A stretch of 64,000 nucleotides of DNA from Paramoeba atlantica (lineage: Eukaryota > Protista > Discosea). Of the stretch, positions 58,367-64,000 are shown in pieces. The DNA lies in assembly GCA_977017575.1 (NCBI GenBank), contig CDRNVI010000001.1:246579-310578 (forward strand), read 5' to 3'. The notes beneath the pieces are model-generated. The model was not told the DNA's origin. It saw nothing but the letters and a program-made list of their open reading frames with translations, and did no database searches. The position numbers and the translations under genes are program-made. Within the stretch, counting starts at the first letter, position 1. Every line of letters starts with the position of its first letter.

Positions 58367-58620
58367 GTCAGGGCATTCGACTTAGGCCGGATGATGGGAC
58401 TTAGCGATCCCAGCTTCCCGAGCTAACTCACCCGGCGTCAGTACAACAAGACGCTAAAAAACTAGGGTGAGCATGATCCAGTGGGTGACAATACCCGGTG
58501 CCAACACAACGAGGCACCACATAACTAGGGTAGCTGTCACTCTGACAATGCAGAATGAGAATGACACCGCCCGGTACCGAATATAACAAGGTACTACAAA
58601 ACTAGGGTAGGTGTCATTCG
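58367..58620 (+). mobile_element. Diverged fragment of the triple-hairpin SINE family
   Basis: Colinear with 61400-61691 and has the same three-unit architecture. Confidence 0.75.
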
Positions 58621-58943
58621 CGATATTGAAATAAAGATCCTTCCTCTCTATAGAAAGGAAGCCCCTGTCCCTTGGGGAATGACCTGAGTCTTGTCTGGTA
58701 CACGTATGCGATGTACTAAATAACTAGGACAAGATGATGGAAAGTGACAAGTTTTTGCCATCTGCCATGATGCCAATTTTGGTTGTCGTCGGGCAAAAAC
58801 TCCCTTCTCACAAAGGGCGCGAAGGGCATTGGTTGCCTTCTTTGAAGGCCGCTGGTGAGCGAGCTTCACAAGCTCCGCGTCCCCTAGCGAGTTACCTCCC
58901 CTGGTGGAAAGTCAAAGTATTGACTTTCTAGCTCATTATTTTA

Positions 58944-59366
58944 ATGAGCTCACGGGAGGTTGACGAGGGCTTTCTCCCTCGCGGGGATATCGTTTATCGA
59001 CACGTGTGTCGAAACTGTAATTACTTACAGCGTAGACACCGACCCCTTTTTTATCAAGTTATCAAGTTATCAAATCGGGGCCCGATCGATGCAACGTGCT
59101 GCCTTTGCACGCTGTTGCATGCTCCCTCTTTCGCTCTTCGGAAATTACCTCCGAGCACGGGAATGATCGCCCAAGAATCGTTCCAATGCATTCCGATTCT
59201 GTCCTCCGGATCACTACACGCGAACACACGCAATCTGATCAGAGCCTTGGAAGACGCTTGTCTTGTGAACGCCCGCGAGACGGAACTCTCGTTCAAGCTA
59301 CTGTTGCAAAACTTCAACGGCCTCGTGGTATACTCCCAACTTCGGGAGCACCTCGAAGACAAGTAA
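58944..59366 (+). pseudogene. CRE C-terminal fragment
   Basis: FQCIPILSSGSLHANTRNL...LLLQNFNG matches the CRE-A ends. Confidence 0.7.
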
Positions 59367-60990
59367 TAGATTTTAGAAATATTCTATAGTGGTGAAATAG
59401 CTAAGAGATAATATCCGCTGACATCTAAATATTTTATATTTTATATGGAGATAGTTTCTCTTCGAAAATTGAGAGAAGTGGGGAAGGAGCACCCGAGGCA
59501 TGTGTACGATGAAAACTGACGGGGATCCCGCTCGCATGGGATACCGGCCTTCATGCAAAGGTCGTAGATGTAACGAATCAGACAATTGTGCTTCGTAGTC
59601 GAATTCGTTCGGGTGCACCTGACGCATCCCGGCACGTGGGTGAGAGCGGTCTCGCCGTTGATTTCCGTTTTGCAGCCCGGGCATAGAAAGGATGAAGGGA
59701 GCTCCGGGTGACAGATACCGAGCCTCGGCATCACTGCTAGGGTGTATTGTCGCGTCGGTATGGCGTGCAGCCACGAGTAACTTCCTTTCGGAGTAGTTGC
59801 CTGCATTATCTGCGCAGTTTTCTTGTTTTCACAAGAAAGAGGAAGAAAGAGGAAGATTTCCGAAAGAACGCTTTAGATAGCATCCCGGCGTCGTTAGATA
59901 CCAAGTTAATATCGTCTATATAGGCATACATTTTGATATCGGGAAACTCCAGAGAAATTGTCGCGAGAACTGATTGTAAAAAGGCGCAAAAAATGAGGGT
60001 AGACAATGGCGATCCCTTGGAGCACACCCGAGGCGCTTTCTACGATTCCACACAATTTACCATCCTTTCCGTAGTACAACAGCTCTGACTTTGATGAATA
60101 TTCTGCAAAGAATAACCGTTGGAATGGGCGTAGCGTTGCGTATGATAGAAGCGATCGTGCCATTTCATCTCGTCTTGGAGAGTTAAACGCGTTTTTTAAA
60201 TCTATCGACAGAATTGCCTTTCCTTGAGAATGCAGTTCTTGCAGATTGTGTATTATACTCTCACAGCCCGATCTCGTTTGGACTCCAAACTGCCATGGTT
60301 CAGAAAGGGGGCCCAATGTATGTTCATATCTCTGCAACATTACCACCTCCGCCAATTTTAGAAATAGCTCCCCAACTGCGACTGGACGGATGCCACCCCC
60401 GATCTTTTCTATCGCAATTAACCGCGCCCGTTTCAATCGACTCATTACCTCTGTAGAGAGTAGACCGTTAATCAGATCTGCTATCATATGGCACAATGCC
60501 GCACAGCATATTTCATCGTCCAGTAGTAGACGAACGATGCAATCAGTTGTTCCGGAAGCTCCTGGAGCTGCTCCTTTCGCTAATCTACGCCCCGCAGTCC
60601 TCAGTTCCTGGGTTGAAATAAAAGCAATGAGTGGAGCGTCGGCCGGTTGCTGAATGCTCGATTCCGAATTTGGGTGCAGGTCCCGCAGCCTTTTAAGGAT
60701 TTCTTGATCCGACAATATGCTCGTTTGTTTTTCTTGGTCCAGAGCCTTGGTGGCTTTGGTGACACAACCTTCCAAAATAGGCCGCGTGGCTTTTTTAATT
60801 GCTCTATTGTCTTTAGAATCTTCGTTTTGCTCTACATTGTGGGACAAAGGTTCGGGGAACGGCCGTCTCCGACGACGCTTCTTACTGGCCTCGCGAATTG
60901 TGGTCAAAGAGAACTTCATGGCGGACAGGACTCTGTTCCATACCTTATTCCGATATTCGTAGGAACTGTCTGCATAGTCCCTCATCAGCT

Positions 60991-61952
60991 TTTGGGTGCG
61001 TCAGAAGGGGAAGATAAGGTCAGGAGCCCGGCATTGGACCGTTGCCGGTGATGGGGCGTGGCGACCTCCAGCCTTCCGACGTAAGGATTTCCGAGCTAGC
61101 AGGAGGGAATTGTCCATTCCTAATCCTGTTTTACCCTTGTTCGCGGCGTCGTTAACCCCGTTCCGGGGCTAAGACGGCGTGGCAACCCGTCGCCGAGGCA
61201 TACATGTCGTTAGCGAGCGCGCTATCCTTGTCCCCTCGGTGGAGGTGGAACGGCATTCGTGCTAGAAGTGGTTTAATCCCACCCCATCTCCCGGAGGAAC
61301 GAAGGCGTAAAAACTTTCGTTTCTCCAGCCAGGAACGCTCCTGGACTAACAATCCGGAGCAATGGAGTTAGAGTAATTGGAGCAGTGGAGAACGCTCCTG
61401 GTCAGGGCATTCGGCTTTTGTCGGATGATGGGGCGTAGCGACCCCAGCTTCCCTAGCTAACTCACCCGGCGTCGCATAACAAGACGCTACATACCTAGGG
61501 TGATGATGATGATTGATGATTACATACCTAGGGTGGGTACGATCAGGGCCCCGCGGGTGACACTACCCGGTGCCAGCAAAACAAGGCACAAAATAACTAG
61601 GGTAACGGTCACCCAGACATTGCAGCGTGAGAATGGCACCGCCCGGTACCGGATACAACAAGGTACTAAGGAACTAGGGTGGGTGTCATTCAGCATAATC
61701 TTTGGAGTGTGTTGTGTTTTTTTCACTTCAAAAGGAGTTTTTTTTCATAAAGACGATATTGTAAGGTTCTTGTAGTATATAAAAGGGTTAAAAAGATAGG
61801 CTGGTTGCTCGCGCTCGATCTGGTCAAATCTTCGGATTTGACTTGCGTGCTGCGTGGCACAGCTATCTCCTAGCAAGCGATAAGGGTGGGCTTGTCCTAG
61901 GGAGGAAACATCTCCTCGGAGATATATTGCCTAAAAATCAATCAATCAATCA
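60991..61952 (+). mobile_element. ~960-bp non-coding structured SINE-like retroposon with (TCAA)n tail
   Basis: 17-bp TSD ATAGTCCCTCATCAGCT at 60974-60990 and 61953-61969. Many hairpins, e.g. GTCAAATC-TTCG-GATTTGAC. Confidence 0.9.
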
Positions 61953-62070
61953 ATAGTCCCTCATCAGCTCGCGGTATATGGAGATAACACAAGGTATGAA
62001 TTCCGCTTCGATGCTTTTACTAGTGGGCAAAGGTTCGAAATCTAGGTCGTTTTCAGTGTGATTCACCTTG

Positions 62071-62484
62071 ATTGATTGATTTGATTAATAGGCATTATAT
62101 CTCCGAGGAGATGTTACCTCCCTAGAACAAGCCCCCCCTTATTGCTAGGAGCTGTGCCACGCAGCACGCAAGTCAAATCCGAAGATTTGACCAGATCGAG
62201 CGCGAGCAGCCAGCTTATCTTTTTTTTAACCCCTTTTATATACTACAAGAAAATCTTCTTTATGAAAAAACACTTCTTTTGAAATGAAAAAACACAACAC
62301 ACTCCAAAGATTATGCTGAATGACACCCGCCCTAGTTCCTTAGTACCTTGTTATATCCGGTACCGGGCGGTGTCATTCTCACGCTGCGATGTCTGGGTGA
62401 CCGTTACCCTAGTTATTTTGTGCCTTGTTTTGTTGGCACCGGGTAGTGTCATCCGCGGGACCTTGATCGTACCCACCCTAGGTA
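62071..62484 (-). mobile_element. 5'-truncated second copy of the same SINE, in opposite orientation
   Basis: 14-bp TSD TGTGATTCACCTTG at 62057-62070 and 62485-62498. Reverse complement of about 61521-61950. Confidence 0.9.
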
Positions 62485-62623
62485 TGTGATTCACCTTGGG
62501 TTGCGTAGACGTGGTCTTGCGATCGTCAGCTTTACATTTTTCCGTTTTAGCAAGTCCTCCAATTCTCAGCCATATGATCTTGTAAATGCGTATGCTCGTT
62601 TGCGGTGGAAGCACCCCCGTGAA

Positions 62624-63478
62624 GCATTCATCGATGTACTGATAAGGACACTAGAACGCAAATCCAAAATAGGAATCCCCGTATCTTGGCGTATCCCTGG
62701 AGGGCGAGCACACAGAGGAGATGAAGTAAAGGGCATCGATGCTCTTGGTATACTCGCATATGCAGATGACCTGGTTTTGTGGAGTGACAGCAGCACTGAA
62801 CTAAAACACACTGTGGATACCTTTGTAAGCATACTTGAGTGCTGGGGTATGGAAATGAACTCGTCTAAGACCAAAATTCAAATTATAAATGTTAGAGCGA
62901 ACCATGCTAGCCCACAACTGTCGTATCATAGCCCACAAGGGATGAGCGTGAATGCGGTCACTTTAGAACAAGTAAATAATTTTCGGTATCTTGGTTCGAT
63001 CATAAATAACGAGGGGTCTATGACGCCGGAAATTACGAATAGAATTAAATCAGCATGGGGAGCTATACACTCGTTGGACAGTTACTGGGCCAGCCATGCG
63101 ATTCCCAAGAAAGTAAAAGCCATACTCTTTGAAGCATTGGTTGTTCCAAGACTAGTATACGCATGCGCGACCTGGATCCCCGATAAACGCTCACATAAAT
63201 ACTTATGCACGCGATACGTAAAAATGGTTTGTTATGCCTTAAAAATTTTACCCGTGGAACATACGACAATACGAAACAGTATCAAATTCAAAAGCCATAC
63301 CAGAATACTCTCTGAAGCTGGACTCTACAATCTACAAGTCAAGCTAGATAGCAGAGTTCTCCAATTTTCTGGACATGTAAAAATAAATATTAATTATTAC
63401 AAAATAAAGCACTTTTCGGAAGTTATAGCCCAATCAATGAAGACTACTTCGGAAAATCGAAGTATGAAACTCAACTAG
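62624..63478 (+). pseudogene. RTE-like LINE reverse transcriptase (C-half)
   Basis: LAYADDLVL, GMEMNSSKTK, FRYLGSII, EITNRIKSAW and LVYACATW. Confidence 0.88.
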
Positions 63479-63789
63479 CTTTACCCCTACAAAGGGTACA
63501 AATACCGCTTTTGACCTGGAAAGCGGAAGCTCAGAAAAGAAAATCGTGGTGGACAAAAATATATAAATATGTGAAAGAGCAGGAACCTAAGAAAAAGTCC
63601 TTGTTGTGTACCTTGTTGTACCTTGTTGTTTTCTACTTTTTTCCCCATGACCCCCTTCACCCCTCCGGAGAGGGAAGAGCACCGACCGTTGTGCCCGCTC
63701 GCTGGAAAATGGTGGATCCTAGCCTCCCCTGGATCGCTAACCTCCCCTGGAAAATGGTGGATTTTTACCTGATAATAATTCAATTCCGC

Positions 63790-63972
63790 ATGAGGAAAAG
63801 GATACTCTTTCGTGGGTTCATCTTCCCACACGACCCATAACTCCAAATCTTCCTGACGAACTTTTCCGTGCACTGCTGTTGATTCATTGGGCTCGTCCTT
63901 GCGGCGGAAAAAAGCTTGCACTGACACGGCCGGCTTGTCGGCCGGTGCCAAAAGAAGTCTCTCCCGGATCAC
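63790..63972 (-). pseudogene. gag N-terminal domain fragment (12528/50193 family)
   Basis: GKVRQEDLELWVVWEDEPTKEYPFPHAELNYY matches GKIRREGMEMWAVWEDDPTREYPFPHNDLNYF. Confidence 0.8.
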
Positions 63973-64000
63973 TGCACATACATTGGTCAGATCGTGCGTC

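Larger units (their letters stand above)
59373..62623 (-). pseudogene. CRE-A element with an internal deletion (about 59830), interrupted by two SINE insertions
   Basis: ORF pieces 62351..62614, 61970-62070 (VNHTENDLDFEPLP...IYRELMRDY), 59906..60985, 59806..60027 and 59441..59806. The 5' pieces rejoin in frame once the SINEs are removed. Confidence 0.88.

Noticed and set aside
58427-58619. CRISPR array, tRNA cluster or H/ACA snoRNA cluster
   Set aside because: The units are not identical repeats with unique spacers, and there are no cas genes. There is no cloverleaf or T-loop consensus, and the 2/11-nt internal loop does not look like a pseudouridylation pocket.
61655-61666. GTACCTTGTTG (minus strand) in SINE unit 3 as another SL remnant
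   Set aside because: Only 11 nt, it is part of the hairpin, and it varies in the other copies.
61495-61685. Telomeric repeats (CTAGGGT resembling TTAGGG)
   Set aside because: They are isolated, spaced occurrences that form the hairpin stems. No tandem TTAGGG array was seen in the window.
1-64000. Prokaryotic or phage origin suggested by tyrosine recombinases and RTs (retron, DGR, integron)
   Set aside because: The recombinases sit in gag-YR-RT/RNase H units with CCHC knuckles and split repeats, next to non-LTR elements and an SL-like sequence. No operon-like or bacterial genes were seen.

Overview
This 64-kb window is almost entirely a nested pile of eukaryotic transposable elements. I found no recognisable housekeeping gene, rRNA, tRNA or CRISPR array. 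Four element classes are present. (1) At least five families of tyrosine-recombinase (DIRS-order) retrotransposons with the VIPER/TATE-like gene order gag - YR - RT/RNase H and Ngaro-like split direct repeats (A1...B1-A2-B2). These include one near-intact copy (12337-17124), a 1.4-kb non-autonomous mini-element and two solo A-B remnants. (2) Three families of CRE/SLACS-like non-LTR retrotransposons (RT + CCHC + restriction-like endonuclease). (3) Fragments of an RTE-like LINE, plus two unrelated, highly structured SINE-like retroposons with target-site duplications. (4) Two TA-flanked MITEs. A 39-nt sequence resembling the kinetoplastid/diplonemid spliced leader (SL) sits directly in front of a CRE ORF. 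Together with the VIPER-like and CRE-like elements it points to a euglenozoan host; this is inference and the species is unknown. Main leads: a conserved in-phase G-GAU-UUU heptamer that links gag to pol in the -1 frame across divergent YR families, with YR in frame behind the gag stop; SL-headed CRE copies; precise TSD-free YR integrations whose removal restores the target ORFs; a triple covarying-hairpin RNA motif in a SINE; and a Tudor/SH3-like module apparently shared by YR Gag and CRE N-termini. All alignments and RNA folds were done by eye, and many internal boundaries are approximate.
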